Assembly: GCA_041665485.1 (NCBI GenBank)
Contig: JBAYIT010000001.1
Location: 204,270-268,269, forward strand
Length of the DNA: 64,000 bases
DNA from: Candidatus Shapirobacteria bacterium
GTDB lineage: Bacteria; Patescibacteriota; Microgenomatia; UBA12405
Direction: 5' to 3'
Shown here: positions 27,021 to 39,000 of the stretch, one piece after another
How positions within the stretch are numbered: the stretch's first letter is position 1
Layout of the letters: each line of letters starts with the position of its first letter
Program-made: the position numbers and the translations under genes
Notes under the pieces: generated by a model
Databases searched by the model: none
Told to the model about the DNA's origin: nothing
The model's input: only the letters and a program-made list of their open reading frames with translations

Positions 27021-30000
27021 TTAGTTAATGATCCACCAATTAATATCAATATTATGATCGAGGGGGTTGTCGATGGCAATGGTGAAACTAGATTTTAGAT
27101 CTTGGATGTTAGATGTTGGATCAATGTATTTGTCTTTAATATAAATGACTTGATTGTTAGTTGAGCCGACGGGGGTGAGGTAGACCATGGAAGCAGAAGT
27201 GAGTTGGTTGTTGAGGATGATGATTTCGGTTTGGCCGGCGATGAGAGTAGTGGTGCCGGCGGTAGTATTGGAAGCGATTTCCGCCGATTGGGTAGCAGAT
27301 TCACTCGGATCGGCTTGGGCGATGGCGACGTTGGGGAGGATGGTTAACTTGTTAGATCTTAGATCCTGGATGTTAGATGTTAGAGCGGTGAGAGAGGTGG
27401 TTTGAATATCGGAGGCAGTTATAAGATAGGTGGAGAGGGAACCCGAAATTGTGGCAGTTTGAGCGGTTAAGGTGCCGTTTAGATAGATATTTCCATTAAC
27501 AGTGACATCGCCGTTGTCGGCAATAATAAGAGTGTTGTTCATGATGTTAATAGTGCCAACTTTGGAGGGTTGAATGTAGAGAACCGAGGCGGTGGTTTCA
27601 ATAAGATTGTCTTTAATGATAATTTGGCCGGATTGGAGGGTGCCGGAAATTAGGGCGTCGGCCAATTCGGCTTGGCCGGCGACGGCCAACTGCCCAGCAA
27701 CAACCAGATTGTCGGTAAGAGCCAGAGAGCCGGTAATTTGAGCCGAGCCGGTGGAAATATCAGCCAGCCAGTTTTCTGATTGAGAGAGTAAGACGTCTTC
27801 TGGGGGAGTAGTAACAGTGGATGTGTCGATGATTTTCTTGACTTCGTCGCGGAGGGCGGAGATTTTTTGAGTCATCAGGTCGCCAAAGTTACCTTCACGG
27901 CTGATGATTTGATCGGCGTAGAGGATGCCACTGATGGTGGCATCTTTAGATCTTAGATCCTGGATGTTAGATGTTAGAGCGGTGATAGCGTTGGCGGAGA
28001 GAGTGGTAACACCGATGTCTTGGGCGGTGATGGTTTTGGATTTTAGATCCTGGATGTTAGATGTTAGGGAGTCAAGGTGATCGACATTAAGGCTGGGGGT
28101 TTTAATGTTTTGAGCGAAGAGAGAGCCAATAACTTCGGTGTCGCCGCCGATTTTGAGAGTAGAACCAATACCGGTGTTAGAGATTGGTGTAATAGTTTGT
28201 GTTTCGATATCATTAGATACTAATTTGGAAGTATTAATGATTCCTGCCTTTAGATTGGCAATAAGAGCTTGACTGAACTGTCCAAGACGGGTAACGGCGG
28301 AGCCGTTACTGGATGTTAGATGATAGATCTTAGATCCTGGATCTTGGATGTTAGTTTCTGGTGAAGTGACGATCTGGCCGAGGGTGTCGAGAGTAAGGAG
28401 GGTGTCGGGGTCAAACCAGCTAGGTTGGACTAAAGCGAGAATAGTGCAGTTACCCGGGTCAGAGCAGGAAGATGAGCTTTCCAGAGCTTTACCGATAATT
28501 GGCCCCGAGGTGGTGGCTTTTTGGGCACGGCCTTCGATGGTGGTAGAAGCAGTGAGCGGATCTCCAGGGCTAATAGCTCCATTTTCGAGGGTGATTTTAA
28601 CTGGCACTCGGCCGGAAAGAGCGATGGGGTAGACATTTTGGGAGGTTTCCGAAGAGCCAAGAAGAAGACCGGGATTAGTAGAAACGACACCGACGAGTTT
28701 TTGACTGCCGGCTTGGGCGCGGAGGACATGGCCAGTGTTTTCGAGATCGAAGGTAACAAGTTCGCCGGTGGAGAGATTTTGAGTAGAGGGGTAATTTTCG
28801 GCCAAATCGGCGTTGGCGGTGTCAACCGAGCCGATGTGTAAGACACTGCCATAGTTATTTTGATAATACTGTTTGAAGTACATATCGACGGCGGTATAGC
28901 TGGCGGTGTCCCAGACTGAACCGTTGTAGTAACCAGCTTGGCCTCCAGTATAGGTTGAACTACTATCTTTTTCTCTGACATTGATGTAATTTGATCCGTC
29001 TCCACCAGTGGAGGTGGTGGTAACAAGACAGTATTTGGTACCGGCTTGGAGATAGGGCTTGGTAGAGAAGGTGAGGGAATATTCGGCGCCAGGAGAAGCG
29101 GTTTCGCCAATGCTGGTGTTGGCGATATTACTCGAGGTGGCGACGACGGTTCCGTTTGGTTGGTTGCCATCGCAATTTTGGAGCTGAACAGAGAAGTTGT
29201 AGGAACCGGCACCGACTTTCCATAACTGGAGAGTAACTTTTGACAAGCTACCACTGGCTTGGGGAGTGAAACTTTGAGAAAAAAGACGAGTGCCGTAAAC
29301 AGCAAAACTATTGTTGGGGCCAGTGAAGCCTTGGTCGAGGGTTTCGGCGCCGGCAGCAGTGGAAACATCAATTCGGGCGCTGACGGAACCGTCGGATTTA
29401 TAGAAATAGAAATCATTACCACTGCCGGCCCAGAGACGAAGATCGTCAGTGCCACCTTGTTTGATGTCGCCACCGGCAACAATTAAACTACTACCAACGC
29501 TTAGACTGGTGGATAAATAACCATTGCCAACAACCTGAAGTTTGTAGGTAGGATTGGTAATGCCGATACCGACATTGCCGGTAGAATTTTGGATAAATAA
29601 TCTTGAATTTCCATCCTGATCAATATGGAAGGCGCTGGTAGTGGTTGGCTGTGACAATGTCCAAGTGCTTCGACCAGTTTCAACTAAGATAAACTTTGGC
29701 GTTGTCCCGGCAGTAGTCAAACTGTATATCGTGTTATTTGATTTAATGATGCCATTTACATCGAGGGTATAGCCTGGTGCGGTGGTACCAACACCAACAT
29801 TGCCGGTAGTGTAAAGGTTAGTAAAGCTAGCGGTGCCACCGACATTGAGAAGATAGAGAGCGTTGGTGGAGCCAATACCAAGGCGAGTAGAGATTAAGGC
29901 ATCGCCATTAACTTCTAGTTTGTAGAGGGGATTAGTTGTACCAATACCGACATTTCCGTAATTTGTTATTGTCATTGCTCTTGATAATCCAGCGCTAGCA

Positions 30001-33000
30001 TTACCTACATCGAAACCTAATGCGGAATTCACCCAGCTTGACCCTCTTTCAAATCCCCCAGTTATTCTTGATGCACTTCCAATCCAACCGGCACTACTAC
30101 CGTCATTGTTTTGAAAGACAATACTTGGGGAATATCTTCCGGGAGAGGAAGGAGAGCTGGTTAGAGTAAGTTGGGGATTATTGGCTGAGCCTGTAGTACT
30201 ATATAGGTGTAGTGAGCTTGTCGGAGCAGTTGTTCCAATACCAACATTGCCACTAGCATGAAGATTAGTAAAGCTAGCGGTGCCACCGACATTGAGAAGA
30301 TAGAGAGCGTTGGTGGAGCCAATACCAAGGCGAGTAGAGATTAAAGCATCGCCATTGACATGGAGTTTGTAGAGAGGAGCGGTGGTACCAATGCCAACAT
30401 TGCCGGTGGAATTTAGAAAAAGCTGGTTATCCCAACCGGTGATATCACCAGTGGTAGAAGTGGAAGAAGCAAGAAGTAATCCGTTACTATAGCCACGAAT
30501 TTGAGTGGCGGCGTTACTGACAATATGTCTTAGTGTACTACCAACGGCGACAGCATTAAAACGGATGGAACCACTTTGGTAGAGAGAGAGAGAACTGTCG
30601 CTAATTGAAGTAGAGTTAGATGTGTTGAAGTAGTAAGCGGTATTGCCAATGTCGACGAACTTGGTGCCAGTGATGATGCCGTTGGCGCTGATGGTGGCGG
30701 AGGAGCCAACACTTAGAGTGCCACCGATACTAAGATTGGTGGTAAAGTTGCCATTACCGATGACGTTGAGTTTAGCGGTGCTAGTAGCGCCGATGCCAAC
30801 ATTACCACCAAACATAGCATTGCCATTAATGCGTAAGTTAGCAGTTTGATCAGCGGTAAATTGATTTTGGACGAAGTCACCGGTGTTACCAATATTTAAA
30901 TAATAACTACCATGTTGGCCATCGAGGAGATCAGCACTTAGGTTGGTGACAGTGTTGGTGCTACCGACAGAGACAAAAGTACCACCGATGGTTAAGTTGG
31001 TGGTGATATTGGCAGAACCACTAACGTTGAGCTTGTAGGAAGAATTGGTTGCGCCGATTCCTAATGGTCCAAACATACTGACAGATCCGTATTTAAGATA
31101 ATCGTTGTAATTTGTAGAGAAAGCGTTGGCTTGATCGCCTTCGTAGAGCGAAACTGAATCGATCCAATCTGTATCACCGGCATGGGAAGTGCCGGTGTTG
31201 GTTAACATGAATATACTTATGGTTTTGTCGTCACCGATGGTGAAATTGGTTGACTGCCAGTGCCAGGCGTCGTCTTTAATGAGAGTTTGGTTGCCGTAGG
31301 CGACAATATAAGAGGTTCCATCATAAACACCGAGTTGAAGAGGGAGAGTGTTGGTTGAGCTAGATTTATACCAAAAGTTTAAGGTGTATTTTCTGGCCGT
31401 TGTCAGAGTGCTTCGAGGAGGGACGGTGTATTTTGCTCCTTGCCAGGCGCCACCATCAACCATTTTTAAAGAGTAGGTTGACTTATAGCCGGTGTCTCGG
31501 GAGAAGGTGCCACCATTGGATATCCAGGCGTCGGGAATGGATGAAGTGCCGATATTCCAATAATCAAAATTGCCATTGTTGATTAAATTGGCGGGAGCAT
31601 TGGTGCCGTCGCCACCAACCAGGTGCCCGGATAGATTAAGATTGCCGGAAATATCAACTTTTTGAGAGGGGGCGGTGGTGCCAAATCCGACATTGCCAGA
31701 AGAGGCGATGTATAAAGCCTGGGTGTTGGAATTGATACCTAAGAAAGAAAGGCCAAAAGAAGAAACACCAATGTTGGTGTTTTGAGTTAGTGTTCCTCCT
31801 AGTCCAACAGAACTGGTGCCGATGGATTGAAGGCCATTGGTGGCAGCAATAAAGTCATTGGCGCCATTTTTATCCCAAGCAGTAGTGTCTAAATAACCAA
31901 CTAAACCACTATTACCACTCAAGAAAGCAGCCACACTTGATCCACCAATGGCAGTATTAGAAAGGTTTAAAGAAGCAGTGGTGGTGGTGGTGCCAACACT
32001 TAAATCAGCGTTAGTGTAGATAGAAGCGGTTGAAGTTCCACCTACACCTAGTTTAGTAAAGACACCTTCACCAGTAACATGGAGCTTGTAAAGAGGATTG
32101 GTGGTGCCAAGGCCAATGTTGGTGCCGGAGTCATAGATAAGAGAGTTGGTAATGCTGACAGTGGCAGTAGTGCCAGTGAATTTAGTGAGGTAGCCGGAAA
32201 TAGGGTTGTTATCAACCAAGGCGATGTCTTTGTAGGTGGTATAGGCGGCGGTGCTACCGAAACTGCCTTGGTAAAGACGCATTCCCAAGCTAGACTTGTT
32301 AAATTCGAGGAGGTTTTGATTTCCACCTGAACCATCGAGATATGAATTAAGATGGAGGAAGTCTGCCCAAGGGCCGGCACTATTGTTGTTGTAGGCAGTA
32401 AAACCGAATTTTAGATTACTAGTGTTGACTTCAGTAGGACCTATTGAACGGTTGTCTTCCCCGTAGAGGCTAAGAGCTGGCCCACCTTCAGCGTTGGAAG
32501 TGGCGTAATTACCAGTAGTTTGAGTGCCGAGAGTAACATCTCCCCAAGAAAGATCACCATGCATAAGTTGGTTGACAGTACCGGAAGTGCCAATGAGTTG
32601 ATTGGTGGCATTGGTTCTAACCAGAGTGTTGGCGGTGACATTAGTTAGAGTAAGAGTATTACCAATAGAAAGAGTATTGCCAAAAACAGAAGCACCACTA
32701 ACACCAATGCCACCCGAGCTGATAGTTAAACCGGCAAAAAGAGGGGTAGCCCCGGTGTGGATGTTTTGAGGCAGGGAAAGGGTAACGGCTCCGGTGGGGT
32801 TGGAAGCAGTAATTTGATTAGTGGTACCAAGAATGCTGGTAACACCAATATTACTAAAGACATTGGTACTAGAAAGACTAATACCAACACCGGCGGTGTA
32901 AAGAGTGCCAGCACCACTAGTAAAAGCGCCAGCTCCTAAAACATTTTTGTATAAGTTACCAGATGAATCAATAAAAACGGCGGTGGTGCCGACGCCGGTT

Positions 33001-36000
33001 GTGCCAATTCCTAAACCAGAAAAATTAACAGTTCCGCCAACTCCCAAACTTCCAGTTCCACCGACTTGGAGAGTGTAAGAAGGGGTGGTAGTGGCAATAC
33101 CGACTTTACCGGTGGCATCGATTACTAATGCTACGCCACTTGCAAAAGTTTCAGAACCGTATCCAATCTTAAATTTGTGACTATCAGAGCCATCTCTACC
33201 AATCGACCATGAGGTACTTGTATTGGATCTAAAATTTATAACGCTATTGTTTGTAGATTTACCTTGTAAATATAGTAATGCGTTACCAGAGGCGACGTTG
33301 TCTATCATTACCCCAGAAGTCCCCACTATATCTAGGTTAACTCTTGGCCCCGTCGTTCCAATGCCAACATTGCCATTAGCCTTTAAATAAAGTGATTGAG
33401 TATTACCCGTACCCAGGAAAGAAAGATTGTAGGAAGAAAGATTAATGTTGGTGTTTTGAGTAAGTGTTCCACCTAGGCCAATAGATAGTTGATCAGTGCC
33501 AGAGATAGAAGTACCAATACCATTGTAACCAAGAATAGAAGCAGTATTACCAAGACCAATAGATTGAGCAGTACCCAGGGAACCAGCCAACATCCAACTA
33601 ACATTGGCTGATTGAGCATAACGATTATCAAGATCAACAGTGGCCAAAGAAGTGAGATGACCAAGACCATCAAGACCAATGTCTTGAATGACAATACCAT
33701 TACTGTTGTCAGAGGAAGCTTGAGAGGAAGTATCGGCGTGAGAGATAGTGGCACCAACTCCAGTACCGGTAACCACCATACTAGTTCCAGCTTGGAGATT
33801 AAGTAAACCATCAAAGGCCAGACCATTTAAAGCTCTTTTACTAACCACATTATTACTATCGATAAACAAGGCAGTGGTACCAGTACCAGCGACAGTGGAG
33901 GCACTTAAAGTTAAAGTACCACCGATGCCGACATTGGCAGAGAAAGAAGAAGTACCGGTAATACCAATACCACCACTGTTAATGAAAAGTGAATAGGTAC
34001 TATGAGTAGCTCCAACACCTAGTTTAGTAAAGACACCTTCACCAGCTACTTGGAATTTGTAGAGTGGGGCAGTGGTACCAATGCCGACATTACCAGCTGA
34101 CAAGATAGACATGGCATCTACGGGAGTGCCAGCAGTTCGAGTTCTAAAAAAGATACCGCCTAAAACAGCACTATTGTAAGTATTGTCGATATATAGGTTG
34201 GCAACACCATTACCGTTATAGTGAATGAGACCTTGGTAGGCAGCGTTGTTACCAATGGCGACCGAGCCATTATATGCTTGTGCCCCACCGATTGGATCCC
34301 AACCGTTGAACGTTGCTTGGGTGACGGAATTACTATAAACATTAAATGGACTAGTTGGATTAGTCATACCGATGCCTACATTGCCATTGGTAGTAATAGC
34401 CAGGGCTTGGGTGTTGTTATTAACACCCATGATGTAGAGATTGTTAGCACCAGTATTAATGAAAGTATTTTGAGTTAATGTTCCACCTAGACCAATAGAT
34501 AGTTGATCAGTGCCAGAGACAGAAGTACCAATACCATTGTAACCAAGAATAGAAGCGGTATTACCAATACCGACTTGTTGAGCAGTACCAGTATTGCCAG
34601 CCAACATCCAACTAATGTAAGTGTTGTCTTGAAAGGCTAATCCACCTAAAGCTCTTTTACTAACCACATTATTACTATCGATAAACAAGGCAGTGGTACC
34701 AGTACCAGCGACAGTGGAGGCACTTAAAGTTAAAGTACCACCGATGCCGACATTGGCAGTAAAAGAAGTATTGGGAGTAATGGTTAGTCCAAGTCCGGCG
34801 ATAGTAGTTAAGTAGGAAGCATTACCAAAGGTAACAGTAGCACCATTACCCATAAACAAAGGTGACTTGGCAGCAGTAGTAGCAGTAAGAGTGTTGCCAA
34901 CAGAAAGTGTGCCGGTGACACTACCATTACCAGTGACAGACAAAGAAGCGGTAGTAAGAGTGGTGCCAACAGAGAGACTGTTACCAAACACCGAAGCACC
35001 ACTAACTCCAATACCACCAGCGCTGATGGTCAATCCGGCAAAGAGAGGAGTGGAAGAAGTAGTTAGGTGTTGACCAGTGTTAAAGGCAAGTTGGCTGTCA
35101 CCAATAGAATCACCAATGATAGCCAGGGAGACACCAACTCCTTCACCGGCAGTACCAGTAACCCCAATTTGACTATTACCGATAATGGTAGAAACATAAT
35201 TACCGGCAGTTTGAGTGCCGAGAGTAACATCTCCCCAAGAAAGATCACCATGCATAAGTTGGTTGACAGTACCGGAAGTACCAATGAGTTGATTGGTGGC
35301 ATTGGTTCTAACCAGAGTGTTGGCGGTGACATTGGTTAAAGTGAGAGTGTTGCCAATAGAAAGAGTATTGCCAAAAACAGAAGCACCACTAACACCAATC
35401 CCACCCGAGCTGATAGTTAAACCGGCAAAAAGAGGGGTAGCCCCGGTGTGGATGTTTTGAGGAAGAGTTAAAGTAACAGCTCCGGTTTGAGCAGTAGCCG
35501 TAGTGCCATTGGCTAGTATTTGATTGGCAGTGCCAGTTAAAGAAAGGACACCAGTATTAGTAATGGTCAAAGCATCGGTACCGGAAATGGAAGTGCCAAT
35601 ACCACTACCAGCTAAGAAAGAAGCAGTATTACCAAGACCAATAGATTGAGCAGTACCCAGGGAACCAGCCAACATCCAACTAACATTGGCTGATTGAGCA
35701 TAACGAGAATCAAGATCAACAGTGGCTAGGGAAGTCAAATGACCAAGACCATCAAGACCAATGTCTTGGATGACAATACCATTACTATTGTCAGATGAAG
35801 CTTGAGAAGAAGTATCGGCATGAGAGATGGTGGCACCAACTCCGGTACCAGTAACCACCATACTAGTACCAGCTTGGAGATTAAGTAAACCATCAAAGGC
35901 AAGACCATTTAATGCTCTCCGACTAACAACATTATTACTATCGATAAACAAGGCAGTGGTACCAGTACCAGAGACAGTAGAGGCACTTAAAGTTAAAGTA

Positions 36001-39000
36001 CCACCGATGCCAACGTTGTTAGTAAAACTTGAATTACCAGTAACACCAATACCACCAGCATTAACAAAGAGATTTTGAGCAAAGGTAGATCGGCCAGTGA
36101 CAGCCAGAGTACCACCGATACTTAAGTTACCAGTGAGATTACCATTACCACTAACATACAAAGCATTAGTATCTGTTCCTCCTACACCTAACTTAGTAAA
36201 GACACCGGCACCAGCAACTTGGAGAGGGTAAAGAGGGGCAGTAGTGCCGATACCGACGTTGCCACCACTTTTAATAGTGACATTTGCAGTATTATTCGTC
36301 CCCAAAATAACGTCATTAGTACCATAAGTTCCTATTACTAAACCTCTTCCCGTTCCACCATTAGGGTTATTTATAATAAAATCATTGGCGTTTCTAGCTG
36401 CTCCCAAAATTGAAGCTACATTATTATTGACACCTGGAACCATAAAAGCCAGGTACTGTCCAGTCGTATCTCCTACCATAAAGCGAAAATCAGCATTAGT
36501 TCCTGTACTTGTATTTTTCATCTGAACCCCTGATATACCGTCCACGTTGTCGCTAATTAAAACCTTTGGAACTGATCCAGAAAGTATGGGGGTAGTAATC
36601 AGACCTCCAATATCAAAAGTGGCATATGGACTTGTAGTCCCAATACCAACATTGCCATTGGTAGTAATCGCCAGAGCTTGGGTGTTGTTATTAACACCCA
36701 TGATGTAGAGATTGTTAGCACCAGTATTAATGAAAGTATTTTGAGTAAGTGTTCCACCAAGGCCAATAGATAATTGATCAGTGCCAGAGACAGAAGTACC
36801 AATACCATTGTAACCAAGGATAGAAGCGGTATTACCAATACCAACTTGTTGAGCAGTACCAGTATTGCCAGCCAACATCCAACTAATGTAGGTGTTGTCT
36901 TGAAAAGCGAGTCCGCCGAGAGCTCTCCGACTAACAACATTATTACTATCGATAAACAAGGCAGTGGTACCAGTACCAGCGACAGTGGAGGCACTTAAAG
37001 TTAAAGTACCACCGATGCCGACGTTGGCAGTAAAAGAAGTATTGGGAGTAAGAGTAATTCCGGAACCAAGAATGGTGGTTAAACCACTGGCATGACCAAG
37101 AGTAAGAGCACTACCATTGTTACTAAAGATGGGAGAGAAAACAGAGGCAGAGAAAGTAGGAGCATTAGTAGTACCAATGGTGACAGTAGAACCAGAGATA
37201 GTATTTAAGATGTTAGTGCCATTGGCAAAATTAACAGTAACACCAACACCGATAGCAGTACTACCAGCACCAGTAGCTTGCAAAAACCAACGATCATCAC
37301 TACCACTCTTATCCCAACTACTAGTATCAAGATAACCAATCAAACCACTATTACCAGAAAGGAAAGCCGCCACACTTGATCCACCAATGGCAGTGTTACT
37401 TAGATTTAAAGAAGCAGTGGTGGTGGTGGTGCCAACACTTAAATCAGCATTAGTGTAGATAGAAGCGGTTGAAGTCCCACCTACCCCTAGTTTAGTAAAG
37501 ACACCAGCACCAGCAACTTGGAGGGGATAAAGGGGAGCGGTGGTGCCGATGCCGACATTGCCAGCCGTAGTAATCGCCAAAGCTTGGGTGTTGTTATTAA
37601 CACCCATGATGTAGAGATTGTTGGTGCCAGTGTTAATGAAAGTGTTTTGAGTAAGTGTTCCACCTAGGCCAAATGTAATTTGACTAGTACCAACTGAAGT
37701 AGAGGTAATACCATTTAGACCAGTAAAGGATAAAGTGGTGCCACCACTGATGGTTTGATTACTAGAAGCTTTAGCAATCCAGTTGTAGGTACTAGCAGTA
37801 CTATCGAGGAAAGCTAGAGCACCTAATGCTCTTTTACTAACGACATTATTACTATCAATAAACAAAGCAGTGGTACCACTACCAGCAACAGTGGAAGCAC
37901 TTAAAGTTAGAGTACCACCGATGCCGACGTTGTTAGTAAAACTTGAATTACCAGTAACACCAATACCACCAGCATTAACAAAGAGATTTTGAGCAAAGGT
38001 AGATCGGCCAGTAACAGCCAGAGTGCCACCAACATCAAGGTTGGTGGTAAATCGACCACTGCCGGTAACATCAAGTTTGTAGGCGGGGGAAGTGTTGCCA
38101 ATACCAACCGAGCCGTTGGCTTGAATGTAAAGATTGGTGTTGGCGCCAGATCCGGAAGTAATTTTGAGAGAATAATTGGAGGAAGAGGTGGAGCCAATAT
38201 CGAGATTGAGACCATTGCCGGAAGAATTTGACGAAACAAGAGAGGCAAGGTTACCAGAGCCTGATGAACCGATACTAAAAACAGTGCCAGTGGCTTTGGT
38301 GTAAAGCTGGGAGAGGTTAAGAATGTTGGCAGTGTCGGAACATGATCCGGAAGACTCGGTGCATTTGGAGGAGAAATTGACCAAGGGGTTAAGGATACTA
38401 AGACTACCGCCGGTGGCTGGTTGGAGAGAAACGGTGGCGCCGGCCCAGATGGAGAGGGTGTTGATGGTGTAACTACTGCTGGTGTTAGCGGCGCCGATTT
38501 GGTAACTGGCAACTCCGGTCACTTGATTAATGCCCTGATTCCAGAGAGATGTTTGCCCGGCTCCAAGGGTAACTGTTCTAACGTTATTAACAGACAGAGT
38601 GGAAAAAACAATTTCTGAAGCATTACTACTAGTGCCGATGGAAAGGTTGGTATTCATGCCACTGGCGGTAGTGGCAACGCCAATAGGGGTAATTTGATTA
38701 ACATTGTAAAAACTGGCAGCGCCGGCGACGAGGCTGGCAGCTTGACCGGACATGGTGATTCCGATGCTGTAAGTGCCAGGAGTAGGGGCAACCAGATACC
38801 AAATATCGGCCCAGGTTTGAGTGCCGGAGGCGGTGGTGGCTTTGGTGAGTGGGGTACCGTTCCAGTAAATGCCGGAAACGGTGCGGGTAAGACTGTTTTG
38901 ATAATTGACACCGACAATTAAAATGTTGTTGGAGTTATTGCCAACTGTGTGGTTGAAATTGAGATTGGTGGTATTACTGACACCGATGGAAGAATTGGCA

